Source: a virus
Direction: 5' to 3' (one strand)
IMG/VR virus record: IMGVR_UViG_3300042319_001830
Coordinates: 32,001 to 96,000 of that record
Length of the DNA stretch: 64,000 nucleotides
Of the stretch, positions 1 through 8,376 are shown in pieces (the first letter of the stretch is position 1; each line of letters starts with the position of its first letter). Made by a program: the position numbers and the translations under genes. Below the pieces are notes generated by a model. The model was not told the origin of the DNA, did no database searches, and worked only from the letters and a program-made list of their open reading frames with translations.

Positions 1-1
1 T

Positions 2-1660
2 TCAAAAGATATTGTTGGTAAGACCAGTCAACAGATTCTAAATTATGTAGAAGATCGTTATATTGATTATACTGTACATAATAGCGCGCCTGGTTATCGT
101 GGTTACTACGATGCTTTGTATGATGAATACTTTAATAATAAAGTAATTTCAGATGCCTTGAAAAGCAATCTATATCGTACACCTAGTATCGATTCATATA
201 TGTTTCGTATTATTAATCTTACGAATCCTGATACAAGCTTGAAATCATTGCCTGGTTTGTATGACATTGCTTGTGAATTGAATTTGTCAAATATCTGTCG
301 TCTGACAACTCCAAAAGATCGTCTAGACATAGCGTATAAGATTTCCGAAATTGTATTTAAGAATATTACTGAACACAAAACTGATAATGCACAGTCACAA
401 CCAACGGATGGAAATGGTGATGGAGATGGCGATTCATCCGCCGTTGAAGATGATTCATCGAACCCAACTATATTGGGTACTGCTAGTGATGTACTTGGTG
501 GTATGGAGTCTACTGTTACAACTGACAGTAGCGATGTAACTTCCAATATTGGATCTGATTCAAATATTAGTAAGTCTAAACAAACTAAGATTGCTAAATC
601 ATTTGATAAACAGAAAGACTTTCTGGCTGGTAAAATCAAAAAGAAAAAGGTTTCTAGACGTGAAAAGACATTGCTTGATGTACTAGAAAAGAGTAAAATT
701 GATCTAGTACCTGTTGCAAGTGATGTTCTTAAGAACAACGGAATTGTTGGTAACGTTGAATGTATTCTTGTAAAGAATATGACAAAAGAATTGATCCTCT
801 CAGATGAATTTCCAATGTCTATTGCAAAAGATGACATTGGAGCTCGTACTATGTTACAGAAGAACGTGGATGACGGCATTGTGTTAGGAGCTAAGTTAGG
901 CCGCCGTCTTCAAATTCGTAATGAAATTAACGTTGATAAGTTTACCCGTCGTAATATTGGTAAGATTGATAAACGTTTGATGCATGAACTCGGATTTGAA
1001 ACCGATAGCAATATCTTTTATAATACATTTGTCACCAAATATAAGAAAATTAACTTTCATATCAGTGTAGATGCTAGTGCTAGTATGCAAGGCAAAAAGT
1101 GGAATCGTACAATTAAACTATGTGTTGCACTAGCAAAGGCTACGTCTATGATTGACAATGTGGATCTGACGATTAGTTTTCGTACATCGATGGGTAACAG
1201 TCCATACATTGTAGTCGCGTATGATTCTAAGGTTGATAAATTTAGTAAGATAAAGAATATGTTCTCATATCTTTTGCCAACACATACAACTCCAGAAGGA
1301 TTATGTTTTGAAGCATTGTTACGATATTTGCCTAAAGCTAGTAACAACACAAACAGTTATTTTGTTAATATTAGTGATGGTGAACCGTGTTTCAACTACC
1401 ATAGTACAGGAGGTATTGGGTTTTCATATAATGGCGCAACTGCTTTGAATCACACTCGTACACAAGTAAATAAAATACGGGAGACTGGATATAACATCAT
1501 TTCGTATTTTGTAACGGAATATGATGGATTTGGAGCCGAAACGTTACGTGCTAATTTCAGAACAATGTATGGTGTAGACTCTAATTTTATTAACGTCGAG
1601 AATCTAAATCAGATTGTTAAGACTATTAATAAAAAGATGATGGATTCTATTGACATATAA
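2..1660 (+). CDS. VWA (MIDAS) domain protein, CobT/metallopeptidase-VWA type; 5'-truncated by window edge
   Basis: Frame is open from nt 2 (…NYVEDRYID…PGYRGYY), upstream of the ORF-track start at 116; acidic/Ser-rich linker; MIDAS DASASM, TPEG and ISDGEP motifs. Confidence 0.8.
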   Translation, partial: SKDIVGKTSQQILNYVEDRYIDYTVHNSAPGYRGYYDALYDEYFNNKVISDALKSNLYRTPSIDSYMFRIINLTNPDTSLKSLPGLYDIACELNLSNICRLTTPKDRLDIAYKISEIVFKNITEHKTDNAQSQPTDGNGDGDGDSSAVEDDSSNPTILGTASDVLGGMESTVTTDSSDVTSNIGSDSNISKSKQTKIAKSFDKQKDFLAGKIKKKKVSRREKTLLDVLEKSKIDLVPVASDVLKNNGIVGNVECILVKNMTKELILSDEFPMSIAKDDIGARTMLQKNVDDGIVLGAKLGRRLQIRNEINVDKFTRRNIGKIDKRLMHELGFETDSNIFYNTFVTKYKKINFHISVDASASMQGKKWNRTIKLCVALAKATSMIDNVDLTISFRTSMGNSPYIVVAYDSKVDKFSKIKNMFSYLLPTHTTPEGLCFEALLRYLPKASNNTNSYFVNISDGEPCFNYHSTGGIGFSYNGATALNHTRTQVNKIRETGYNIISYFVTEYDGFGAETLRANFRTMYGVDSNFINVENLNQIVKTINKKMMDSIDI

Positions 1661-1677
1661 TATAAAGATGATATAAT
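1650..1677 (+). promoter_or_regulatory. sigma70-like promoter
   Basis: TTGACA-16 nt-TATAAT with extended -10 TG. Confidence 0.7.
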
Positions 1678-1724
1678 ATATTAACGGTTAGATTTATAAC
1701 AACATAAACAAGAAAGGATAAAGT

Positions 1725-2096
1725 ATGAAAAAGACAGATCGTAAGAATAAGACAAATCAAACAGTAAAATATCCAAGTTGTATTTTTACAATTAAGGAAC
1801 TAAATGATATTAACACTGATATCGTAACTATTAGTTTACGAGACAAGGTTAAGAAAGCAATTAATCGAGGTGAACTAAATGTAATTGGCGTTTTACCTAA
1901 CGGAAAAGGTCGTCCAACTTTGGTACACGTATTTGGACCGATTACCAAATCGGTTATTGATGAAGCTAAGAACAAGGGAGTACATTTAAATCGTGAGCTA
2001 TTGGTTGAAATGGTGAACATCAATTCATCTTCCAACAAGGAGTCGATTGTTATAGTCAATGTTGATACAACAAAGAACAATTCTGTTAATGTTTAA
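1725..2096 (+). CDS. small basic winged-helix-like DNA-binding protein
   Basis: FTIKEL..SLRDKVKKAINRG..GKGRP pattern resembles wHTH with a GRP wing; AGAAAGGA upstream; paralog at 63802. Confidence 0.6.
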   Translation: MKKTDRKNKTNQTVKYPSCIFTIKELNDINTDIVTISLRDKVKKAINRGELNVIGVLPNGKGRPTLVHVFGPITKSVIDEAKNKGVHLNRELLVEMVNINSSSNKESIVIVNVDTTKNNSVNV

Positions 2097-2117
2097 AGAA
2101 AAATCAATATAATAGAT

Positions 2118-2152
2118 GTGCCGTATATCTTTGATTTGATATACGGTGTTTC
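2118..2152 (+). terminator. intrinsic terminator-like hairpin
   Basis: CCGTATATC-8 nt-GATATACGG followed by TGTTTC. Confidence 0.55.
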
Positions 2153-2167
2153 TATTTATACCATATT

Positions 2168-2398
2168 ATGGCAAAAAAAAGAGATAAAATACTACTATAT
2201 TTAGATAACAAAGGAAAAAACTTCTTGGTATATGAGGAAAAAGATTTACTGGATCTTAAATTGCCTGTAGAGTATATTGATAATGGTACTAATTTGTATT
2301 TGGATACTTTAAAAGAAAAGTGGGAAATAAAAGAAGTCAAGTCATCTAAAAACGAATTGACGTTAAAATTTAAAATGATTTTAAGAAAAACAGAATAA
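2168..2398 (+). CDS. hypothetical protein
   Basis: 76-aa ORF preceded by TATTTATA, coupled to the next gene (TAA-T-ATG). Confidence 0.6.
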   Translation: MAKKRDKILLYLDNKGKNFLVYEEKDLLDLKLPVEYIDNGTNLYLDTLKEKWEIKEVKSSKNELTLKFKMILRKTE

Positions 2399-2399
2399 T

Positions 2400-3584
2400 A
2401 TGGATACGTTACAAGAATACTTTGGAATTGAATCGTTTGACTTTGAAGGAAATAAACGAAAGTTGGTTGATAATCTTAATTTGTTGAAGTCTATGTCTGT
2501 TGAAGAGCAGACCTTTTACAAAAAGTGGATGGAAATACAAACGTGTGAAAGTTTCTCAAATAAGGCTAATATGATTAAAGCCAAAATTTGGACACCCACC
2601 GATATTAACGATGAATCTTTAACTATTAAAGAAATTGAAAGTATAAATCCAAAATTGGTTTATGTTGAATCAAAACAACAAAATGAAGATTGGACAATTC
2701 TTCGTATTTTTGGTCATACAATGACTTTTGATCAAACGCCTGGTAGATTTATTAAATTTCTTGTAACCGATGGAGATATTGATAACCCAAAGTATATTGG
2801 TTGTATCAGTGTTTCTAGTGATGTAATTGCTATTACTGACCGTGACAATTATTTAGGATGGACTACATCTGATAAGATGGAAAAGAAACGATTGGCATAT
2901 AGCGCAATTGGCAGTTGTATTATGAGTACTCAGCCAATTGGTTATAATTTTCTAGGTGGTAAATTAATAGCCGCTATGATTACTACGTCAACAGTACGTG
3001 ATCTTTGGAAACAATTATACGATCAAACTCTTGTGGGTATGACAACTACAAGTTTATATGGTAGTTACAGTATGTATAATAGTTTAAAATGGTGGCACAA
3101 ATGTGGATCTAGTGCTGGTAAAATTTCAATTAAACCAGATGATGGTATTTATGAAACTTGGCACAATTGGTTAAAAGATATTGATGTAACTGCTTATGAT
3201 AAAGCACTTACTCAAAAAGAAGGAGTGAGTGGACCTGTAACTGGAGCTAAATCTCGTATTCTCGGTATGATATTTAGTAAATGTGGAATAAAACAATCCA
3301 ACTATCAACACGGATATGAACGAGGTGTATATTATAGTTGTTTTTATGAAAATACCAAAGAGTTTTTGCAAAGTAAAATTGATGTTGATCAATTGAAGAT
3401 GAAAGACCTCTTTAAACGTGATATGCAAGGTATAATTGAGTGGTGGCGACCAAAGGCTGTAGACCGATATAAAAAGCTAAAGAGTGAATCAAATTTAAAG
3501 AATACGGTACATTTCTATAACCAAATGTTTGGTATGTCGTATCAAGAAGCTAAAGACATGTATTTTAAAGAAGTGGGTAGGTAG
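2400..3584 (+). CDS. DUF4338 / Druantia DruA-like protein
   Basis: PGR, QPIGYNFLGGKLIA and TTTSLYG-x3-YN motifs typical of DUF4338. Confidence 0.75.
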   Translation: MDTLQEYFGIESFDFEGNKRKLVDNLNLLKSMSVEEQTFYKKWMEIQTCESFSNKANMIKAKIWTPTDINDESLTIKEIESINPKLVYVESKQQNEDWTILRIFGHTMTFDQTPGRFIKFLVTDGDIDNPKYIGCISVSSDVIAITDRDNYLGWTTSDKMEKKRLAYSAIGSCIMSTQPIGYNFLGGKLIAAMITTSTVRDLWKQLYDQTLVGMTTTSLYGSYSMYNSLKWWHKCGSSAGKISIKPDDGIYETWHNWLKDIDVTAYDKALTQKEGVSGPVTGAKSRILGMIFSKCGIKQSNYQHGYERGVYYSCFYENTKEFLQSKIDVDQLKMKDLFKRDMQGIIEWWRPKAVDRYKKLKSESNLKNTVHFYNQMFGMSYQEAKDMYFKEVGR

Positions 3585-3642
3585 AAATATTATAATATAA
3601 ATTACTTATTATAGATACTATTTATATTTATAAGAGTAATTT

Positions 3643-4812
3643 ATGGCGAATACCCCAATTAATGCAATGACCGCTACATTCGGGTCTGGTGATCAGACTG
3701 CGATAAAAATGAATGTATCGGACGCAGGACCGTCGAATAATAGCAGTAAACTGATAGATTTACAAGTTGGAGCCGTCACAAAATTTAAAGTCTCAAAAAG
3801 AGGTGAAGTACTTGCTACAAATTATACAGGCAGTTTTAGTGGCAGTACTTTTATTAAAAATCAATCAAGTACTACAGGTACCAAATATTTGTTATTTTCA
3901 GACGGAAGTGGACAAAGAACTATAGGTTATGACACTTCATTAAATTATGACGCTTCTTCAAACACTTTAAACACTAATGGTAGCATTAATGCAGACGGTG
4001 ATATAGACAGTACAAATCTTTCGCCGCTTTTATTATCTAGTCCCACTACAATAGGTTTTGGTAGTTCAGCTACCACAATTCAAATAGGATCGCCTTCAGT
4101 AGGCGGTTATACACGATTTAATTCAAAACAAGTCAGAGGTAATTTTACAGGATCGTTTACTGGTAGCTTTAGTGGTAGCAAAGGCAATTTTACTAAAATA
4201 AGCGGTAGTAATGTTAAAATAACCGGAAGAGTAACAGCCAATTCATTTACTGGAAGTATTAGTGGTGGATATGCTGCTTTTACTAATATACGTACTGGCA
4301 CATTTACCGCCAATTCATTTACTGGAAGTATCAGTGGTAGTAGAGCTAAATTTACACAAATAACCGGTAGTGGCGTCAAAATAACTGGCAGATTTACCGC
4401 CAATTCATTTACCGGAAGTATTAGTGGTGGATATGCTGCTTTTACTAATATTAGTGGCGGACATGCATCTATTACACAAATAACCGGTAGTGGCGGCAAA
4501 ATAACTGGTAGATTTACCGCCAATTCATTTACCGGAAGTATTAGTGGCGGATATGCCGCTTTTACTAATATTAGCGGTGGACATGCATCTATTACTAATA
4601 TTAGTGGCGGATACGCATCTATTACAGAAATAACCGGTAGTAGTGGTAGAATTGAAAATAATTTGGTTATAGAAGGATCGCTGCAACTGCACAGTGCTAT
4701 TACAGGATCAAATAATATGTTTATAAGTGGTGCTGGCAGTCCAATCGCTGGTTATGTGGGAATTATGATAGGTGGCGTAAAATATAAGATGCCACTATAT
4801 CCTTGGACTTAA
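3643..4812 (+). CDS. Gly/Ser/Thr-rich repetitive virion fibre-like protein
   Basis: Repeated FTGSISGG / ITGS / FTNISGG units; short C-terminal GIMIGGVKYKMPLY. Confidence 0.6.
   Translation: MANTPINAMTATFGSGDQTAIKMNVSDAGPSNNSSKLIDLQVGAVTKFKVSKRGEVLATNYTGSFSGSTFIKNQSSTTGTKYLLFSDGSGQRTIGYDTSLNYDASSNTLNTNGSINADGDIDSTNLSPLLLSSPTTIGFGSSATTIQIGSPSVGGYTRFNSKQVRGNFTGSFTGSFSGSKGNFTKISGSNVKITGRVTANSFTGSISGGYAAFTNIRTGTFTANSFTGSISGSRAKFTQITGSGVKITGRFTANSFTGSISGGYAAFTNISGGHASITQITGSGGKITGRFTANSFTGSISGGYAAFTNISGGHASITNISGGYASITEITGSSGRIENNLVIEGSLQLHSAITGSNNMFISGAGSPIAGYVGIMIGGVKYKMPLYPWT
4141..4645 (+). repeat. intragenic tandem repeats (30-bp subunits, 120-bp near-perfect duplication at ~4352-4595)
   Basis: Lines 4381/4501 and 4441/4561 are near-identical at 120-nt offset. 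Confidence 0.85.
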
Positions 4813-4815
4813 AGC

Positions 4816-4844
4816 TTGACTTATTATAAATTTGTTGGTAAGAT
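4816..4844 (+). promoter_or_regulatory. sigma70-like promoter, 7 nt before ATG 4852
   Basis: TTGACT-17 nt-TAAGAT with TG extension. Confidence 0.7.
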
Positions 4845-4851
4845 GACTGCA

Positions 4852-5763
4852 ATGAAAAAATCATTGTGTTGCATTTCTCTACAACTTCAAGAAAAAGGAT
4901 TCAAAGCTAATACTATGACCAAGACTAGGTTCTTGTCATTGGAACGAAAAAGCGCTTTATCTACTATTTCTCAACGAACACTGAACAATGTAAATGTTGC
5001 GGTAAACACTTTTTCTTTGTGTGTGACTAAAGGATGGAACTATCGAATCAGCAGTGATTTATTTCCATTGGCTACTTTACCAGAAGCAAATCTATCACTT
5101 GATATTCTTACTGACAAAGATCGTATTTATAATGAGTTCAAACGTGGTGCAGAAATCATTAAAAAAAATAATCTTCGATGTAGTACACATCCTGACCAAT
5201 TTGTTGTGCCTGCGAGTGCTACAAAAACTGTTGTAGAAAAGTCCATTGTGGAACTAAAAAATCATGCATCTATTATGGATTTGTTTGGTTTGCCACAAAC
5301 ATATGAGTCTCCCATTAACATTCATATGAATATTTATAAAGGGTGTACTAAAGAAATTGCTAAACGGTTTGTTGATGTATACAATGATTTACCTGTTAAT
5401 GTAAAGTCTCGATTGGTACTTGAGAATGAAGACAAGCCAAATAGTTGGAAGGTAGAAGAGCTGTATGAATTAATTCATTCAAACACTGGCATTCCTATCA
5501 CGTATGACAATCTTCATTTTCGTTGTAACCCAGGTAAATTATCCGCTAAAGAAGCGGTAAAGTTGTGTATGTCCACGTGGGGTAAGTATCGTCCATTGTT
5601 TCATTTTAGCGACAATGATTTGACCAATAAAAATCCACGAGCACACGGCGATTACGTTCGTGTAATTCCAAATGAGTATATTGATCTTGATGTGGATTTT
5701 GAATTCGAATTCAAAGCAAAGGACTATGCTCTTGATCGATTCGAAAAAGAATTTGAAAAATAA
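4852..5763 (+). CDS. uvsE: UV damage endonuclease
   Basis: YRISSDLFP, HPDQF, INIH, LENED, YDNLH, HFS and AHGDY motifs; start moved to MKKSLCC. Confidence 0.9.
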   Translation: MKKSLCCISLQLQEKGFKANTMTKTRFLSLERKSALSTISQRTLNNVNVAVNTFSLCVTKGWNYRISSDLFPLATLPEANLSLDILTDKDRIYNEFKRGAEIIKKNNLRCSTHPDQFVVPASATKTVVEKSIVELKNHASIMDLFGLPQTYESPINIHMNIYKGCTKEIAKRFVDVYNDLPVNVKSRLVLENEDKPNSWKVEELYELIHSNTGIPITYDNLHFRCNPGKLSAKEAVKLCMSTWGKYRPLFHFSDNDLTNKNPRAHGDYVRVIPNEYIDLDVDFEFEFKAKDYALDRFEKEFEK

Positions 5764-5774
5764 TTAAAAAGTTG

Positions 5775-5803
5775 TTGACAGTTTGAACAATGGGTGGTAA
5801 GAT
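5775..5803 (+). promoter_or_regulatory. sigma70-like promoter
   Basis: TTGACA-17 nt-TAAGAT with TG extension. Confidence 0.75.
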
Positions 5804-5872
5804 AAATTTAAGTTAGTGAAGAATCTAACGAAACAAAAAAAACAAATAAAAAAAGAAAGTATTAAAAATAAT

Positions 5873-6193
5873 ATGTATACTCGTACAAATGCTCGTAATA
5901 AGACTAACTTCGTAGGCCATAACACCGCTGGTGTTGAGATTTACCTCTCTACTCCTCTAGCGAAGGCCAAGAAGGCTTCACGCTTGACACTACGTAGTGG
6001 TAAGACCCGCGTTGACCTAGATGGTCGCCAGATTAAGGCACTACGTGAAGTCTTGAATGCTGGTTATAGTGCCGTCGGTACGGTCATTGACCACGCTGTA
6101 CCGGCACAGTCAACTCAAGCTAAGACTAACAGTGTTAAGGATGTGCGTACAGCAATTGCTGGCCGCAAGTCCACTGTTTGTCGTAAGGCTTAA
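5873..6193 (+). CDS. small basic hypothetical protein
   Basis: ATG after A-rich leader; Lys/Arg/Ala-rich, codon usage visibly more GC-rich than neighbours. Confidence 0.7.
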   Translation: MYTRTNARNKTNFVGHNTAGVEIYLSTPLAKAKKASRLTLRSGKTRVDLDGRQIKALREVLNAGYSAVGTVIDHAVPAQSTQAKTNSVKDVRTAIAGRKSTVCRKA

Positions 6194-6206
6194 TTGAAAT
6201 AAATGT

Positions 6207-6244
6207 TAACTCATATACGTAGATAGTTATACGCATATGAGTTA
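6207..6244 (+). promoter_or_regulatory. hairpin covering the start codon at 6237
   Basis: TAACTCATATACGTA-8 nt-TACGCATATGAGTTA (14/15 complementary). Confidence 0.6.
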
Positions 6245-6488
6245 TATTTTCAATAATCAAACAATGATGTGGCTACTACTAATAATAGTAGCCATTTTTA
6301 CTTTTGCAAACTTTTATTTGTTCATCAGATTGCTTAGACATTTTGATGATCACCAAATTCTAACCGTAGACGCATTAGAGTTACTCAACATTAAAAATAA
6401 TAAAATATCAAAAGACATTGAAATATTGAATAAACGTAGTAGAATATTAAATAATGAAAGCAAAGAACACATCCGAAAACAAAGTTAA
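6237..6488 (+). CDS. small membrane protein (one TM helix + coiled coil)
   Basis: Hydrophobic WLLLIIVAIFTFANFYLFI followed by a charged tail. Confidence 0.65.
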   Translation: MSYIFNNQTMMWLLLIIVAIFTFANFYLFIRLLRHFDDHQILTVDALELLNIKNNKISKDIEILNKRSRILNNESKEHIRKQS

Positions 6489-6927
6489 AGTTCGTGGTTT
6501 ATTTGATCATATAAATCACATTCGTGAGGTAAAGAAAAAAGACTATTATAAATGTTTATCGGAAGAAGAAAAGAAGTCTTTTAACAAATATATGATAATC
6601 AGATTTCTTAGTATGGATGTTGACATCATAGAAGAAATATCATTTGTTTCAAAGTATTTTCAAAATATACCAGATGAACAATTTTATCAAGTGTTGATCG
6701 ATTTGGTACCCAAAGGAAGAAAGTTCTGCAAGTATATTAAAAATAGTACGGAGGGGATCAATGAAACAATTTTAGATTGTATTTGTAAGAAATATAAAAT
6801 TGGAAATCGTGACGCTATAGATTACTATAACATATATACGTCAAGTGATGTTAATTTAAAAGAATTGTGTGAACTAATTCAAGGATTTGGATATAGTGAG
6901 AAAGAAGTAGAAAAGTTATTTAAATAA
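6454..6927 (+). CDS. clamp loader small subunit (T4 gp62-like)
   Basis: FNKYMIIRFLSM…FYQVLIDLVPKGRKFCKYIK pattern. Confidence 0.7.
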   Translation: MKAKNTSENKVKVRGLFDHINHIREVKKKDYYKCLSEEEKKSFNKYMIIRFLSMDVDIIEEISFVSKYFQNIPDEQFYQVLIDLVPKGRKFCKYIKNSTEGINETILDCICKKYKIGNRDAIDYYNIYTSSDVNLKELCELIQGFGYSEKEVEKLFK

Positions 6928-6928
6928 T

Positions 6929-7570
6929 ATGAAAATTATAGGTGTATCTGGTTTTGCTCGTAGTGGCAAGGATTTGTTTGCTAGAGTTGCTCAAAACGTT
7001 TTGGAAAAACAAGGATCTAAAATTGAAAAGTATGCATTGGCATATGAGTTAAAAAACGATCTAAAAGACCTTATCCATAATAAAGTTGGAATTGATGTTT
7101 TTACAGAGAACACCGAAGAAAAGAATATTATTAGACCGCTATTAGTTGCTTATGGTGACGTAATGCGAAAAGTATCAATGGGTAAATATTGGACAAACAA
7201 GATTGAACAAAAGATCAAACAGTCCAATGCTGATGTAATTTTTATTACAGATATCAGATATGATGTATATGCAGAAGATGAATGTACTTGGTTACAAAAT
7301 AAACAAGGTGGGAAATTAGTGCATATTACAAAGTTTAAACAGGAACCAATGCCTTCAGGCAGACGGTTCAGTAAAAACAAAATTGTTAAGATTTATAATT
7401 CCGCTGCAAATGATCATGAAATGTTAAATGACCCAAAAGTAAAATCAAAAGCTGACTGTGCTTTTGAATGGGAAGATTATAGTGATAAATTAAACGGATG
7501 TCTACTAGACGATCATCCATATATTACAGCAAAAGTTATTGAATCATTAAAGATTATTAACGCAATTTAA
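6929..7570 (+). CDS. deoxynucleoside monophosphate kinase
   Basis: IIGVSGFARSGKD P-loop, RPLLVAYGD, ITDIRY. Confidence 0.75.
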   Translation: MKIIGVSGFARSGKDLFARVAQNVLEKQGSKIEKYALAYELKNDLKDLIHNKVGIDVFTENTEEKNIIRPLLVAYGDVMRKVSMGKYWTNKIEQKIKQSNADVIFITDIRYDVYAEDECTWLQNKQGGKLVHITKFKQEPMPSGRRFSKNKIVKIYNSAANDHEMLNDPKVKSKADCAFEWEDYSDKLNGCLLDDHPYITAKVIESLKIINAI

Positions 7571-7838
7571 GTTTTGTAATTAAATTATGACCATTATGAT
7601 AGAATATAATTTCTTCATCTGTGGTCTTTGTACGAAAATAGTCAACCAATGACGGTACAACTGTGCTGACTAAATTAACATAGATTTTATCACACTCGTC
7701 GTGTTTTATTGATTTTCTTTGCTTCTGACACGAACAGATCTTATCAAACGTTTGTATACAATTTGTTAGTGTAGCAAATGCGCCAATATTATCTTTTGAT
7801 ACAAAATTATTAAATGCTACGTAACTTCCTATAATCAT
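7557..7838 (-). CDS. hypothetical protein
   Basis: 93-aa ORF, ATGA overlap with the upstream gene. Confidence 0.6.
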   Translation of the reverse strand: MIIGSYVAFNNFVSKDNIGAFATLTNCIQTFDKICSCQKQRKSIKHDECDKIYVNLVSTVVPSLVDYFRTKTTDEEIIFYHNGHNLITKLKLR

Positions 7839-8212
7839 AACAATTTATTTATTGATAAATACAATAACAGACTGCAAATATAGTTAACTGGCATAATCAT
7901 AATTATATAACGCAGTGGATAATTCAGTGTGTATAACAATACAACAATGCTAAATAAAGTTGTCCAAAAACATAAACAAATAACACAGCTTAATAATTTG
8001 GTAACATAGCCAGGATACTCTGAATATAAAAAGTTTGGATATGTACCCATTGGATCAACACTACTTTTATACAATTGATATTCGTCCAATTTAAATAAAC
8101 GCCGTGTGTTTGTTAATTTAGCAATCGTTTGTACTATATCGCTATTTAACCAAATAACCATAAAAAATGTTATTCCGAATATAATTGGTATATTGTAGTC
8201 TGTTAAGTTCAT
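7835..8212 (-). CDS. membrane protein with CxxCxxxW (DUF1360-like)
   Basis: KLLSCVICLCFW between hydrophobic segments. Confidence 0.6.
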   Translation of the reverse strand: MNLTDYNIPIIFGITFFMVIWLNSDIVQTIAKLTNTRRLFKLDEYQLYKSSVDPMGTYPNFLYSEYPGYVTKLLSCVICLCFWTTLFSIVVLLYTLNYPLRYIIMIMPVNYICSLLLYLSINKLL

Positions 8213-8376
8213 TTTATAAGATCGTAAATATAGTTACCTAAAATTTGAAAAAATATATTGTATATAAATATAAATGATATTATTATGAATAATTCAAATT
8301 TATCTAATTTGCCATTTTGATTAATATCAAAATATTTTATAAATAAACTTTTCCAAAGATCAAGTAGTTTTTTCAT
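8209..8376 (-). CDS. 55-aa EF-hand-loop + TM microprotein (not in ORF track)
   Basis: MKKLLDLWKSLFIKYFDINQNGKLDKFELFIIISFIFIYNIFFQILGNYIYDLIK; ATGA overlaps at both ends. Confidence 0.7.
   Translation of the reverse strand: MKKLLDLWKSLFIKYFDINQNGKLDKFELFIIISFIFIYNIFFQILGNYIYDLIK

Noticed and set aside
106-879. 257-aa minus-strand ORF
   Set aside because: Antisense shadow of the VWA gene with no recognisable motifs; the same applies to the other short antisense or nested ORFs in the track
4141-4645. Regular repeats as a possible CRISPR array or DGR template/variable pair
   Set aside because: In-frame degenerate coding repeats with mostly synonymous differences, no unique spacers, no adenine-specific variation and no reverse transcriptase
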